Source: Candidatus Cloacimonadales bacterium
Lineage (GTDB): Bacteria; Cloacimonadota; Cloacimonadia; Cloacimonadales; JAFGVF01
Assembly: GCA_963667035.1 (NCBI GenBank)
Contig: OY762964.1
Span: 1,120,001-1,184,000, forward strand
Reading direction: 5' to 3'
DNA: 64,000 nt
The notes below the pieces were generated by a model. The model did no database searches. It saw only the letters and a program-made list of their open reading frames with translations, and had not been told where the DNA came from. Numbering within the stretch: the stretch's first letter is position 1; each line of letters begins with the position of its first letter. The position numbers were made by a program, and so were the translations under genes. Positions 42,135-53,312 of this stretch are shown in pieces.

Positions 42135-43364
42135 TTATAATCCTAGGTTGAGTCCAACTAACATTGTAAAGTTATGTAATGTAGATTCAGTTTTAAAATT
42201 TGTATTCGACTCATAGATGAAATCTTTCCAAGTTATATATCCATACTCAAATCCAATATTAAAGGATGAGTATCTATCAAATGGAACTGATAATCCACCT
42301 GAGAATCCATAGTAGAAGTTCGTTTCATTAGACACTTCAAAAGCATTGTATGTTGTATCTTTGTCATAGAACCGTTCATTCTCATAGCGGAAACCGATTC
42401 TTGTTGGATATACTGTATTAAACTGTAATCCTAATCTAAGACCGAAACCGTCATTTGTGTTGTCATTAAAAAAAGCATTATTAAGCTTATAATCGGATAA
42501 GTTCTTGGTCCTGTATTCACCTGTAAACTTGAAATAATCATGGTAAAAAGTGAACCCTATACCTAATTCAGATGGAATATCAATCTCATAATCGGTAAGA
42601 CTGGTGTTAGATTCTTCAAACTTGATAGTATAAGCCGGTTGATACATTATGGCTGCAGTGAACATTCCTGAGAAATCCATCGTAGCACCGAGTCTAACAA
42701 AGTCACCTGTAATACTACCATGTGGGTCATAGGTGAGAGGATCAATATTCTCACTTTCATGTGTTAAATCAGCTTCATATTTACTGGCAAGATTTCTATT
42801 GTAAGTGAATCCTACTGACCAGATTTTGAAAATACTTAAGGCTGTTCCAAGTGACATAACATTGTATCCACCATGATGCTTTTCTGTTACCGTATACTCA
42901 ACTAATGTCTCATAGTCTTTGTTATACGCCATGTCATATTTAACTTTCCAGCCAGCACCCAATGCAAGTTTCATATTAAACATCAAATCAAATGGTACCA
43001 TTACAGCAGCTTGTGCTAATTTAAACTTTGTATCATAATCAATGTTTTGATCATCTATCAGTTGATTGAACTTCGATAACTCATTAAATTGACTACCGTA
43101 ATTAAGTTTAAAAACTGCATTTACATTTGCCGTTTCCGAATAACCCATGTTTGCTGGATTATGGAATAAAGAATTTGCATTCAGAGAATTCAGAATATCT
43201 GTAGAGCCCATACCAAGACTTGCAGGGTCTGTTGAATGATCACCGAATATCAGAGCTGCTCTATCGTTCATTGTGTAGTCCTGGAACTGGAATACACCAT
43301 AGTTATCAGTAGCAGATAAAATACATGTTATGAAAAGAAGAATTAAAAGACTAAGTTTCTTCAT
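42135..43364 (-). CDS. Outer-membrane beta-barrel protein (FadL/OmpP1/PorV-like)
   Basis: Signal peptide, SLGMG...NSLFHNPA N-terminal motif, amphipathic aromatic-rich strands. Confidence 0.7.
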   Translation of the reverse strand: MKKLSLLILLFITCILSATDNYGVFQFQDYTMNDRAALIFGDHSTDPASLGMGSTDILNSLNANSLFHNPANMGYSETANVNAVFKLNYGSQFNELSKFNQLIDDQNIDYDTKFKLAQAAVMVPFDLMFNMKLALGAGWKVKYDMAYNKDYETLVEYTVTEKHHGGYNVMSLGTALSIFKIWSVGFTYNRNLASKYEADLTHESENIDPLTYDPHGSITGDFVRLGATMDFSGMFTAAIMYQPAYTIKFEESNTSLTDYEIDIPSELGIGFTFYHDYFKFTGEYRTKNLSDYKLNNAFFNDNTNDGFGLRLGLQFNTVYPTRIGFRYENERFYDKDTTYNAFEVSNETNFYYGFSGGLSVPFDRYSSFNIGFEYGYITWKDFIYESNTNFKTESTLHNFTMLVGLNLGL

Positions 43365-43545
43365 TTTGACACCCTTTTTGATTTTGTGTTACTGGAATTA
43401 TATAAGAACATTGTTTATATATGTCAATCAATCTTTTCCATTTTTTACAATCCAAACGTCTAATAAAGTTAAAAGTTGTATGGGTTTGACGTTTGAATTA
43501 TTTAAAACATTGACTAATATGCAAGTGCATAAAATGTGTTGCTGA

Positions 43546-44487
43546 ATGAAGAGATTATTTAAATTTGCGGGAACTTTTTTATTCCTCTTTATGAGCTTTA
43601 GTGTTAATGCACAAAGTTTTAACTGGTATTCTCAGACAGATCCTGATTGGAAAAATATCAAGCTGGGATATTCCAAATCCATTTCAATTGCTAAAAGCGG
43701 TTGTGTTCTTTCTTGCATTTCTATGTTGTTAAATGCTGAAGCTGGAACTGATGAAGTAACTCCTCGCAATCTCAATTATTGGTTAAAAAAACATCATGGT
43801 TTTATAAATGCTGATATGATTCTTGAAGTTCCACCTAAGTATGACGGACTACTGAATGGAATGGAGTTCGATGAGCGATCTTGGCAAAGAAACGATTGGA
43901 GATTTCTTGCTAGACATCTGGCCATTGGAAACAAAGTGATAGTAAAAGTTGGTAGAGGTAAAGGTCATTGGGTTTTGGTTACTGAACGTTCCGGTCCACT
44001 ATATAAACCATCTTCTTATAAAGTAAACGATCCGGCATTGAAGTCTTGGCACAATAGGTCTTTAGCTTATTGGGGAGGATTTAGATCTGCTGTGGCTTAT
44101 TCAGGAAGATGGATTGATGATACAACCATATTCCTTAAAAAAAGTGTGGAGATGTTGCCTTCTTGGGAGAAGGACGCATTTATAAAGGAGTTAGTAGGAA
44201 ATACAGATGCCGGCGAGTTCTCTGCAGTTATTCACAATTCATTAAGCATTGCAGTGGAAGGTTACTTGATTTTGGCTATTGAGCCTAGAGGGGGAAAGAA
44301 AAGAAGAGTTCTGGATTATATTAAAGTTAAGATGGCTCCTAAAGAAGATAATGAAGTTATGTTCCAAACAAATGAGTTCAATACAGCCGTAACAAATATT
44401 GACCAGTTATATGTCATTTTTTCAAAGGGTTTGACCCTTGACGAGTTTCCTGAGAATGGAATAAGATTGAAAGTTAGATACAATTAA
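43546..44487 (+). CDS. Secreted C39-like (papain-fold) peptidase domain protein
   Basis: Signal peptide; YSQTDPDW, SGCVLSCISM, GHWVLV and VNDP (Cys/His/Asp). Confidence 0.75.
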   Translation: MKRLFKFAGTFLFLFMSFSVNAQSFNWYSQTDPDWKNIKLGYSKSISIAKSGCVLSCISMLLNAEAGTDEVTPRNLNYWLKKHHGFINADMILEVPPKYDGLLNGMEFDERSWQRNDWRFLARHLAIGNKVIVKVGRGKGHWVLVTERSGPLYKPSSYKVNDPALKSWHNRSLAYWGGFRSAVAYSGRWIDDTTIFLKKSVEMLPSWEKDAFIKELVGNTDAGEFSAVIHNSLSIAVEGYLILAIEPRGGKKRRVLDYIKVKMAPKEDNEVMFQTNEFNTAVTNIDQLYVIFSKGLTLDEFPENGIRLKVRYN

Positions 44488-44545
44488 TACACAAAATTAA
44501 CCATACTACATAAATGAAAATAGCCGTCATAGACGGCTAAAAACT

Positions 44546-44621
44546 TGGTGGAGCATAACGGACTTGAACCGATGACCCCTACACTGCCAGTGTAGTGCTC
44601 TCCCAGCTGAGCTAATGCCCC
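44546..44621 (-). tRNA. tRNA-Ala(GGC)
   Basis: GGGGCATTAGCTCAGCTGGGAGAGCACTACACTGGCAGTGTAGGGGTCATCGGTTCAAGTCCGTTATGCTCCACCA; 76 nt, G3:U70 pair, encoded CCA. Confidence 0.97.
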
Positions 44622-44758
44622 AAGTCATTTTTGAAAAAATATTACCACGGTTATATGTCAAGAAAAATCAAATGTCAGCATGGATATTGTTTTGAACTAA
44701 TTATTAAATATAAAAGAGTCTGTCATAAGACAGACTTTGAAGAAACATAAGCTAAATT

Positions 44759-45532
44759 TTATTTTGTTATTCCTCTTTCTGAATTCCTGACAAAATCAAC
44801 AAACTCTTTCTGCACGTCAATCATATCTAGCTTTTCTGCTTCGGCAGTAGCTTGAGCAGTGTTAAGACTACTTCTATAGTAAAGCTTATAAACTTTTTTC
44901 AATCCGGCTACAGCTTCTTTACTAAAGCCTTTTCTCAAAAGTCCTATACCATTTAATCCATGAACTTCAAACAAGTTACCTTGTCCTCTTACAAAAGGAG
45001 GAACATCTTTCTTAACTGCTGAGCAACCGCCAATAAAAGCATATTTACCAATCTTAACGAATTGATGAACAGCTGTAACTCCGCCTATTATTGCAAAGTC
45101 CTCAACTATAACATGACCTGCGAAGTTAACTGCATTAGCAATTACAATACTATTACCAATCTGACAATTGTGAGCTATGTGAGCATAAGCCATGATTAGA
45201 TTATTGTCTCCGACTACTGTAGCTTCACCAGGTCCATTGGAACGGTTAATTGTAGCGTACTCTCTTATGGTATTATTATCTCCGATTCTTAAGTAGGTCT
45301 TAGAACCATCAAACTTTAAGTCTTGTGGATCTGTTCCTATAACTGCATAAGGAGAAACTTTGTTACCATCTCCCATCTCAGTTGGTCCATTTACAATTAC
45401 ATGTGACTGAAATGAATTATTCTTTCCTATTACCACATCAGATCCAATTATGCAATATGGTCCTATAACTGTACCGTCTCCAATCTTAGCATCTTTATCA
45501 ACTATAGCTGTAGGATGAACAGTGTAATTCAT
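44759..45532 (-). CDS. lpxA: UDP-N-acetylglucosamine acyltransferase
   Basis: VHPTAIV, hexapeptide repeats, PQDLKF, HIAHNC and VHQF. Confidence 0.97.
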   Translation of the reverse strand: MNYTVHPTAIVDKDAKIGDGTVIGPYCIIGSDVVIGKNNSFQSHVIVNGPTEMGDGNKVSPYAVIGTDPQDLKFDGSKTYLRIGDNNTIREYATINRSNGPGEATVVGDNNLIMAYAHIAHNCQIGNSIVIANAVNFAGHVIVEDFAIIGGVTAVHQFVKIGKYAFIGGCSAVKKDVPPFVRGQGNLFEVHGLNGIGLLRKGFSKEAVAGLKKVYKLYYRSSLNTAQATAEAEKLDMIDVQKEFVDFVRNSERGITK

Positions 45533-45541
45533 ATCTTTTCC

Positions 45542-46936
45542 TTAATTTCTATCTACAACCATTGCTAGGAAATCACCTTCACATACTTTCGTATCGCCAA
45601 CGAAAGCGTCTCCATGCATTTTGGTTAATGAACGTTTTAATGAGATTACTTTTAACTCAAAACGAAGAGTATCTCCCGGAAGCACAGGTTTCCTAAATTT
45701 AACATTATCTATTGAAGCAAACATGGCTAAATGATCTTGAGGATTCTCAAGATTATTTAAAAGCATGATACCACCTGTTTGAGCCATTGCTTCTATAATG
45801 AGTACTCCAGGCATAACTGGTGAACCAGGGAAATGTCCATTAAAGAACTCCTCATTTACAGTAACATTCTTGATGCCAACAATCTTTTCTCCAGGAATGA
45901 ACTCGATTATCTTATCAACAAATAGGAATGGGTATCTATGGGGGAGAATCCTCTTTATAGCATTTATATCAAACACTACATTTTGAGTTCTCTTTCTCTG
46001 ATACTCTTTTTGAAGTCTTTGTTTCTGCTGAATCTTTCTAAGTTTCTTAACAAGTTCAACGTTAGTTTTATGTCCGGAGCGTGCAGCAAGAATGTGACCT
46101 TTAATTGGAACACCTAAAAGAGCTACATCACCGATCAGATCTAATACTTTATGACGTACAAATTCATTATAATAGCGTAGAGGCTGATTGTTAATTATTC
46201 CTTCACTAGATATTTCAATAGGTTCCTTAAAGTTAAATACTTTTCTTAGCTCTTCAAGTCTCTCAGGATCAATATCCGGTTCACCAATAACAACTGCGTT
46301 ATCAAGAGAGCCACCTTTAATCAATCCTGCTGCTTTTAGCATCAGGATCTCTTTTACAAAACAGAATGTTCTTGAGGCCGCAAAATCTTTTTCGAACACA
46401 CTTAAGTCTGGCATCCAAGTATATTGTGTACCTAAGAGTGGATGTTGATAATCTACAAGGAAGGTAACTTTTAACTCACTTGCAGGTACTATTACTACAT
46501 CAACATTTTCTTCTTCTGCTGTAAAACTAATAGGCTCTTCTATTTCAAAATATTCTCTTATTGAATCTTGTTGGATAACTCCAACTTGTTTCAATAATTT
46601 AAGAAATGGCATAGCACTACCGTCAGCAACAGGAGCTTCTGGTCCATTAATCTCAATCTTTATGTTATCAATATCCAACCCTTTAATAGCTGCTAAAACA
46701 TGTTCAATTGTAGATACAGTGGCTTTTCCTATTCCGATAGTTGTTCCACGGGATATGTCAACTACATGTTCTATATCTGCAGGTATAACGGGTGAATCTG
46801 GCATGTCAACACGAACAAAAACGATTCCATCGTCTTGAGATGCCGGCTTAAAAGTTATGGTTGTTATTTCTCCGGTGTGTAATCCAATCCCTGTATATGA
46901 GATAGACCCACCGATAGTTTGTTTGTGTTCTTGCAT
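45542..46936 (-). CDS. lpxC: Bifunctional LpxC/FabZ
   Basis: GIGLHTG, TIEHVLAA and HKVLDLIGD, followed by LPHRYPFL and FNGHFPG..PGVLIIEAMAQ. Confidence 0.96.
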   Translation of the reverse strand: MQEHKQTIGGSISYTGIGLHTGEITTITFKPASQDDGIVFVRVDMPDSPVIPADIEHVVDISRGTTIGIGKATVSTIEHVLAAIKGLDIDNIKIEINGPEAPVADGSAMPFLKLLKQVGVIQQDSIREYFEIEEPISFTAEEENVDVVIVPASELKVTFLVDYQHPLLGTQYTWMPDLSVFEKDFAASRTFCFVKEILMLKAAGLIKGGSLDNAVVIGEPDIDPERLEELRKVFNFKEPIEISSEGIINNQPLRYYNEFVRHKVLDLIGDVALLGVPIKGHILAARSGHKTNVELVKKLRKIQQKQRLQKEYQRKRTQNVVFDINAIKRILPHRYPFLFVDKIIEFIPGEKIVGIKNVTVNEEFFNGHFPGSPVMPGVLIIEAMAQTGGIMLLNNLENPQDHLAMFASIDNVKFRKPVLPGDTLRFELKVISLKRSLTKMHGDAFVGDTKVCEGDFLAMVVDRN

Positions 46937-46939
46937 ATA

Positions 46940-47983
46940 CTACTCTTTATTTTCTTTCTTCAATTGTTTCTTATAAAATTTAACTAGTTCCGGTAAATAT
47001 CTTTGGGATGCTAGAATTCTTTTAGTTACTCCTGATTCTCTTGCCGGTATTCCAAACATAAGTTTATTGTCTTCAACACTACCGGAAATGCCTGATTTAG
47101 CTCCAACTTTTACATTGTTACCAATCTTCACATGATCAGCAACTCCAACTTGCCCTGCTAAGTAAACTAAATCACCAACTCTGGTACTTCCGGCTATACC
47201 GACTTGTGAACAAAGCATGGTATTTTCTCCGACCTGAACATTATGACCGACTTGGACAAGATTATCTAATTTAGTATGCTTCCCAATTTTAGTTGTTCCC
47301 AAAGCACCTCTATCAATACAAGAATTTGCACCAATCTCAACATCATCTTCAATAACAACATTGCCTACTTGAGGTACTTTCTGTTGAATACCATCATGAT
47401 AAATATAACCAAAACCATCTGCACCAATGACTACTCCAGCATGAAGAATCACATTGTTATTAATTATTGTATCTTGATATATTGTAACATTTGGGAAAAA
47501 GTGACAATTCTTACCAATTACAACATTGTCCATAACAACACAATTAGCTTCAATAACAGTGAATTCATCAATCTTAACATTAGCACCAATAACTACATTA
47601 TCTTTGATAATTACTGTATCTGAAACATTGGCAGAATCAGATATTGATGCTGTTTTGCTAATTGATGCTTGAAACTTTGGCTCACTCAATTTAATCCATG
47701 TTTTAATCAGCATCATGAAGTAAACATAGGGATGCTCAACTTTAAAGAGATTCGTGTTTGGCAGTGACATTTCATCAAAATCAATATTAACAAAGAGAAG
47801 TCCGGCTTTTGTTTGCTTTAAATCCGAAGCAAATGCTTCATTCTCGTAAAAACAAATCGAATTTGAGTTAGCTTCCAATAATTCAGCTACATTATTTAAA
47901 GTAACATTACCTCTCTTTATAAGCTGCCCAGGTATCTGAGAAGCTATTAATTCAGGAGTAATGTCAAGCTCAAAAATCTTCAT
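46940..47983 (-). CDS. lpxD: UDP-3-O-acylglucosamine N-acyltransferase
   Basis: [18 protein letters not shown] and [11 protein letters not shown]. Confidence 0.96.
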   Translation of the reverse strand: MKIFELDITPELIASQIPGQLIKRGNVTLNNVAELLEANSNSICFYENEAFASDLKQTKAGLLFVNIDFDEMSLPNTNLFKVEHPYVYFMMLIKTWIKLSEPKFQASISKTASISDSANVSDTVIIKDNVVIGANVKIDEFTVIEANCVVMDNVVIGKNCHFFPNVTIYQDTIINNNVILHAGVVIGADGFGYIYHDGIQQKVPQVGNVVIEDDVEIGANSCIDRGALGTTKIGKHTKLDNLVQVGHNVQVGENTMLCSQVGIAGSTRVGDLVYLAGQVGVADHVKIGNNVKVGAKSGISGSVEDNKLMFGIPARESGVTKRILASQRYLPELVKFYKKQLKKENKE

Positions 47984-48562
47984 TTATTTCTTTCCGCTCT
48001 CTTCTTTAGTCTTAGGAGTATCTGTCTGGCTAGGAGAAATCTGGCCACTGTCTGTATCCATTCTCTGTATCACCATTTCTGTAATATCCATTTCTTGAGT
48101 AGCGTAAAGAACTCCTCCGGCACTTACATTAAGAACAAATGAATAGTTTTCTTGAATTGCAATGTCTTGAATTACTTCAAGGATCTTGTTCTGAACTGGT
48201 TCAACTAACTCTTGATATCTCTGAGCAGCAGTACCATTTTCGCCGAAGAACTCTTCAACTTTAGCTCTGTATTCAGCTTTTTTATCTTCAATCTTTTTTT
48301 CTTGTTCAGCTCTTCCTGAAGCACTGTAAGTAAGCTTATGTGTTTCGAAATCTGTTTCCATTCTTGTGTATTCACTTTCAAGCTCTTGCAGCTGGTTTGC
48401 CCATTCTTGTCTTTCTAAATCAAATGCTCTTTGAATCTCTTGTGTGTCATTACAACGTGTAATAACTGCGTCTATATCTACATAAGCGATCTCTTGTGAT
48501 TTTGCTAATAAGCCAACCGTTAACATTGTAGCTACGACCAGCAATAATACTAATTTTTTCAT
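47984..48562 (-). CDS. skp: OmpH/Skp periplasmic chaperone
   Basis: Start at the ATG at 48562 after GGAGG; signal peptide, IAYVD, coiled coil and LYA...DIT..V. Confidence 0.88.
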   Translation of the reverse strand: MKKLVLLLVVATMLTVGLLAKSQEIAYVDIDAVITRCNDTQEIQRAFDLERQEWANQLQELESEYTRMETDFETHKLTYSASGRAEQEKKIEDKKAEYRAKVEEFFGENGTAAQRYQELVEPVQNKILEVIQDIAIQENYSFVLNVSAGGVLYATQEMDITEMVIQRMDTDSGQISPSQTDTPKTKEESGKK

Positions 48563-48988
48563 TAGTCCTCCACTTTTTATACGTTTTCGCAAGTTTTATG
48601 ATAATGACTAATTAGTCAAACAAAAATATTAATCTATAATAAGTATATATACCTATAAATTGGTTGATATTCCGACTTTGAAACTCATCAGTTGTTACTA
48701 TGATTTTGTTGTTATGTATTAGATTGTTATATTGCAATAGAATACATTAGAAAGTTAAACTAAAACTTCACATACTAGTGAATAACTTATTAACAATTTG
48801 TAAATAAAAAGTGCATGTAGATTATTATGATTTTAATCTGGTAAATCATGCTTATTACCACACAAAACAAGCATGAATCTTAGCGTTGTATTACAGTAGC
48901 TTTATTAGAGATAATTCAAGTGTGTAAACTATATATCATTTGACAATAAAATGCATTGAAATGTCTTGGAAAGTAAAATAAGAAATCA

Positions 48989-49996
48989 ATGAGGAAATTA
49001 ATGAAGCGCAAAGAAATTATCTCTTTAGTTCTTTTAATATTGGTATTAGGATTAGGGTTTTGGCAATATAAGCATAGGAAATATACAGATAAGCGTAGTA
49101 GAATAATGCTTGATACAATAGTTGAGATTTCTGTTTCTTCTCAGCATAAAAATATTGTACCAATAATTGAGAAGGGATTTACACTTGTAGAGTTTTACGA
49201 GAACAAATTTAGTGAGTATAGAGATAGTTCACTTGTCTGGCAAATTAACCACTCCGAAGGTAATCCTGTAGCTATAGATTCAGATACATATAATTTATTG
49301 AGATATGCTGAAAAGCTATACAATGATACTGAAGGAGCTTTTGATATAACAATAGGGTCAGTGATTGATGTTTGGGATTTTGATATTAAAAAAATACCAT
49401 CTGATGCTGAGTTAAAAGCAGCACTTACTCATGTAGGTTTCGATAAAGTTTATTTTAACGATAAAGAGATTATTATTCCTTCCGGAACAAAGATAACCTT
49501 TGGAGCGATTGCTAAAGGCTACATTCTAGACAGAGTTGCTGAAGAATTGTCTAAAGAAGACATTGTCTGCGGATATATAACTACAAGAAGTAGTTACAAA
49601 TCATTTGGGAAAAATCGAAAAGCACAAAAAGTTGGAATTCAGCATCCAAGAAATATGAATGAGATAATTTCAGTGCTGAATCTTACAGATGAGGCAATAG
49701 GAACTTCAGGAGATTATCAGAGATATTTTGAAATAGATGATGTTAGATATCATCATATTCTCAATGCTAAAACAGGTATGCCTGTTAAGGATATCTATTC
49801 AGTTACTGTGATTGCTGACAATGCTTTTATAGCAGACGGTCTATCAACAGCAGTGTTCCTAATGGAACCACACAAGGGTATAGAGTATATTAAGAAGCGA
49901 AATGATTGTGAAGCTGTTATATATTATCAAGAGGGAGAAGAGATTATTTCTTTAAAATCCCTTGGAATGAAGAAGATACTAGAAAATGAAAAATAA
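48989..49996 (+). CDS. apbE: FAD:protein FMN transferase (ApbE family)
   Basis: GAFDITIG, GAIAKGY, GIQHPR, TSGDYQRY, YHHI and ADGLSTA. Confidence 0.93.
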   Translation: MRKLMKRKEIISLVLLILVLGLGFWQYKHRKYTDKRSRIMLDTIVEISVSSQHKNIVPIIEKGFTLVEFYENKFSEYRDSSLVWQINHSEGNPVAIDSDTYNLLRYAEKLYNDTEGAFDITIGSVIDVWDFDIKKIPSDAELKAALTHVGFDKVYFNDKEIIIPSGTKITFGAIAKGYILDRVAEELSKEDIVCGYITTRSSYKSFGKNRKAQKVGIQHPRNMNEIISVLNLTDEAIGTSGDYQRYFEIDDVRYHHILNAKTGMPVKDIYSVTVIADNAFIADGLSTAVFLMEPHKGIEYIKKRNDCEAVIYYQEGEEIISLKSLGMKKILENEK

Positions 49997-50762
49997 GAAG
50001 GATATTCAAAGCCTACCTGATAAGAGGAATGTACTCATTGACAAAGTAGGTGTAAAAAGTGTTAGATACCCAATAATAGTTGAGGATAAAGTCAATGGAA
50101 CTCAACAAACTATTGCGGATTTGGACATCTTTGTTCAGTTGCCTCATAATCATAGAGGAACCCATATGTCCAGGTTCCTGGAAGTTCTAAATAAGTATCA
50201 TGAAGATTCTTTAGTAGATAAACTGCCAGACTTTCTTAATGAGATTAAAGATAGATTAAATGCGGAAGCTTCATTTGTCAACGTAAGATTCCCATATTTT
50301 GTTAGGAAAACAGCTCCTAAGTCAGGGATAAGCTCTTTACTAGATTATTCTTGTTTTTTTGAAGCCAGTTATAAAGAATACTATGAATTGATTATTGGGG
50401 TTGTTGTTCCTGTTACTTCACTTTGTCCTTGTTCAAAAGAAATTAGTGAATATGGAGCCCATAATCAGAGATCTCATATAACTATTAAGGTTAAATTTAA
50501 TGACTTTGTTTGGCTCGAAGACTTAATTTCCATTGCAGAAGAGACAGCTAGTTGTGAAGTTTATCCATTATTAAAGCGAGTTGATGAGAAATATGTTACT
50601 GAAAAAGCTTATGAGAATCCAAGATTTGTTGAGGATATAGTGAGAGAAGTTGCTGTAAGGTTAAGAGCAGATGATAGAATTACAGGATTCGTAGTAGAAT
50701 CTGAAAACTTTGAGTCAATACACAATCATAGTGCTTATGCCTTTGTTAAGGAGAATTTTTAA
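49986..50762 (+). CDS. folE2: GTP cyclohydrolase IB
   Basis: GTHMSRF, TSLCPCSK, AHNQRS, NPRFVED and ESIHNH. Confidence 0.96.
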   Translation: MKNKKDIQSLPDKRNVLIDKVGVKSVRYPIIVEDKVNGTQQTIADLDIFVQLPHNHRGTHMSRFLEVLNKYHEDSLVDKLPDFLNEIKDRLNAEASFVNVRFPYFVRKTAPKSGISSLLDYSCFFEASYKEYYELIIGVVVPVTSLCPCSKEISEYGAHNQRSHITIKVKFNDFVWLEDLISIAEETASCEVYPLLKRVDEKYVTEKAYENPRFVEDIVREVAVRLRADDRITGFVVESENFESIHNHSAYAFVKENF

Positions 50763-50768
50763 GAAAAG

Positions 50769-53303
50769 ATGATAAAGAATAGAACAAAGGATTTTAAACT
50801 CAGTAATGGGTTTAAAGTTATCCATACTCAGGATAATAGTCGAGGCATTGTTGCTTTGCAAGTATATATAAAATGCGGTTCGGTATGGGAAACAAAAGAA
50901 GAAGCCGGATACTCGCACTTCACAGAACATTTGGTGTTTAAAAGCACTCAAAGCTATCCGAATAATAGTTTAATGGATATTGCTTCATCATTAGGTGGAG
51001 CAATTAATGCTTATACGGAATATGATTCTACATGTTTTTATGTCACACTTCCTTCAGAGTATATTGAGGAAGGTATAAAAATATTGTCTGAGTTAGTTCA
51101 TTCTGCAAATTTCAATGAGAAAGAGTTTAAATCAGAGAGACAGGTTGTTATTGAAGAGTTAAAACAATATCAAAACGATCCTGAAGAGAACTTTATTGAA
51201 CAGATACCTACTAAATTCTTTAAAACTAATCCTTACAGAAATCCAATAGTAGGAACACTTGAAAGTTTGAAAGAGTCTACTCCTGCTTCATTAAGAGAGT
51301 TTTATAAAAAGCACTATAGACCGAATAACAGTTTCTTGGTTGTTTCAGGTGACTATAAGTTAAAGAACTTGCAATCTATTGTTAATGATTGCTTTGGAAT
51401 GTGGAAGTCTCAAACATTCAAAGATAAACTCATAAATTCGGAAGAATATCCTTTAGGTTTTAAGTATTACTACCTGTCTAGTAAAATTAGAAAGGATATG
51501 GTAGCATTTGTAATCCCTGAACCTTCCGACTTACACCCGGACGCACATTCTCACAATATGACAATGAAAGCTTTTGCTTCAGGTAAAAGTTCTCTGTTAT
51601 GGAAGAGATTGTATCTAAAGGAAAAACTTGTAGATACTGTAAAACTCTATTCATTTAGCGGTAAGATTGATGGATTAGCAGCTATAGTTGTATTTCCAAA
51701 AAAGAATAATGATATTCCACTGATTTATAGAATTATTCTTGAGGAGTTAGCAAAATTAAAACGACATGGCTTGAGTAGTGAATCAATCAGAAAACATCGA
51801 TTAGATTTGGACAACTCCTATAAATATGGATTTGAGTTTGTGGAAAGCTTAAGTTCCAGTTTAGGAAGTGAAGAGATATTAGGTGATTATAAATATCTTT
51901 ATGAATATCCTTTAAAGATTGCTCAAGTTAATTCTGCTACAGTAAACAAGGTTATAAATAATTACATCAATATAGAACATATGCAGATTGTTCACACAGG
52001 AAAACAGAGTGTCGATAACATGGAGTTGGAATCAATTTATCAGGAATTCTATGAGTGGAAAGATGAGTTAGTATCAACCAAGAAGTATGAAGAATTTGAG
52101 CTAGATAATGGGATCACATTACAATTAAAGAAATCTGTAGGTAAACCTACTGTAGGAATAGCAGTAGCCTTTAAGGTATCACAACTAAATGAACCTCTTG
52201 AGCTAAGAGGAATCAATGCTATGACAGTTGCAATGCTTCAATATGGTAATATCAAACGAGATTATGAGACATTATTAGAGTATTGCGTGGAGAACGGTAT
52301 TAGCTTAACCTGCGAGCCTATGGTTGATTGTACTGTTATTAAATCTAAGTGCTTTAATGACCGATTATCTCAAACAGTTTCCCTAATGGCTGATGTACTT
52401 GAAAGTCCTACTTTCCCAATGGAACATATCAAACAGTTTAAAGCTACTTGCTCAAGTGCTTTGGAAAGGATTAAAGATTATCCAGCTTCTATAGCTCATA
52501 AAAAGTTCAAAAAAATGCTACTGGGTGAAACTAGCAGATATGTAAGTAGTTTAGGCGAGAAAAAGAACATAAATTTACTTTCAAGACAGAAAGTAATTGA
52601 TTGGTATGAGAAAAACTATAAGAATACTAAGATAAACATTACAATTGTAGGTGATATAGACTTTGTAGAAGTAAAGCAAATGTTTGAAAAGTATTTTAAG
52701 AACAAGAGGACTAAGGTTGCAAAAGCAAGAAAGCTGGTAAATCCTATCAATAATTTTGGAACTAAGGTAATTGACACAAAGCAATCTCAGGCAGTTATTA
52801 ACTGCGGAGGATTATCTTGTTCATATGCTGAACAGGAACTAAATACTTCTTTCTTTGTTCTATCTCAAATTATTGGTGGAGATATGAATTCTAGACTTTT
52901 TGATTTGTTAAGAGAAGAGCATGGGCTTGCTTATAGTGTTAGTTTTGAGAATTTGTCCTTTTGTGATTTTGGATACTTTAATGTCAATTGTATTACAGAT
53001 AGGGATAGCGACAAATTTGCATTAAAGTTAATCTACGAAACTTTATTGGATATTGCAAATAATGGTGTTACAAATGAAGAGCTACAGATTGCAAAAAATT
53101 ACATTAAAGGGCAAAGATTGATTGGTGAGGAAAGCATGATGGCTCAAGCAAAGATAATTAGTTATCTTAAAGCTTTAGGATATGATTATACATATTATCT
53201 TATGAGAGATAAAAGACTTGAAGATGTAACAATTGAAAGTATAAAAAAAGTTGCTTCATTGTATTTTAAGGAAGGCAATTTTAATACTTTGATTTATAAA
53301 TAG
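50769..53303 (+). CDS. M16 family zinc peptidase (fused two-module form)
   Basis: HFTEH inverted zinc motif, INAYT and SRLF..LRE..GLAY. Confidence 0.92.
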   Translation: MIKNRTKDFKLSNGFKVIHTQDNSRGIVALQVYIKCGSVWETKEEAGYSHFTEHLVFKSTQSYPNNSLMDIASSLGGAINAYTEYDSTCFYVTLPSEYIEEGIKILSELVHSANFNEKEFKSERQVVIEELKQYQNDPEENFIEQIPTKFFKTNPYRNPIVGTLESLKESTPASLREFYKKHYRPNNSFLVVSGDYKLKNLQSIVNDCFGMWKSQTFKDKLINSEEYPLGFKYYYLSSKIRKDMVAFVIPEPSDLHPDAHSHNMTMKAFASGKSSLLWKRLYLKEKLVDTVKLYSFSGKIDGLAAIVVFPKKNNDIPLIYRIILEELAKLKRHGLSSESIRKHRLDLDNSYKYGFEFVESLSSSLGSEEILGDYKYLYEYPLKIAQVNSATVNKVINNYINIEHMQIVHTGKQSVDNMELESIYQEFYEWKDELVSTKKYEEFELDNGITLQLKKSVGKPTVGIAVAFKVSQLNEPLELRGINAMTVAMLQYGNIKRDYETLLEYCVENGISLTCEPMVDCTVIKSKCFNDRLSQTVSLMADVLESPTFPMEHIKQFKATCSSALERIKDYPASIAHKKFKKMLLGETSRYVSSLGEKKNINLLSRQKVIDWYEKNYKNTKINITIVGDIDFVEVKQMFEKYFKNKRTKVAKARKLVNPINNFGTKVIDTKQSQAVINCGGLSCSYAEQELNTSFFVLSQIIGGDMNSRLFDLLREEHGLAYSVSFENLSFCDFGYFNVNCITDRDSDKFALKLIYETLLDIANNGVTNEELQIAKNYIKGQRLIGEESMMAQAKIISYLKALGYDYTYYLMRDKRLEDVTIESIKKVASLYFKEGNFNTLIYK

Positions 53304-53312
53304 GCTTGAAAG

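Noticed and set aside
45542..46936. LpxC-FabZ fusion as unusual
   Set aside because: The fusion is common in Bacteroidota/FCB-related lineages and is useful only as a taxonomic hint.
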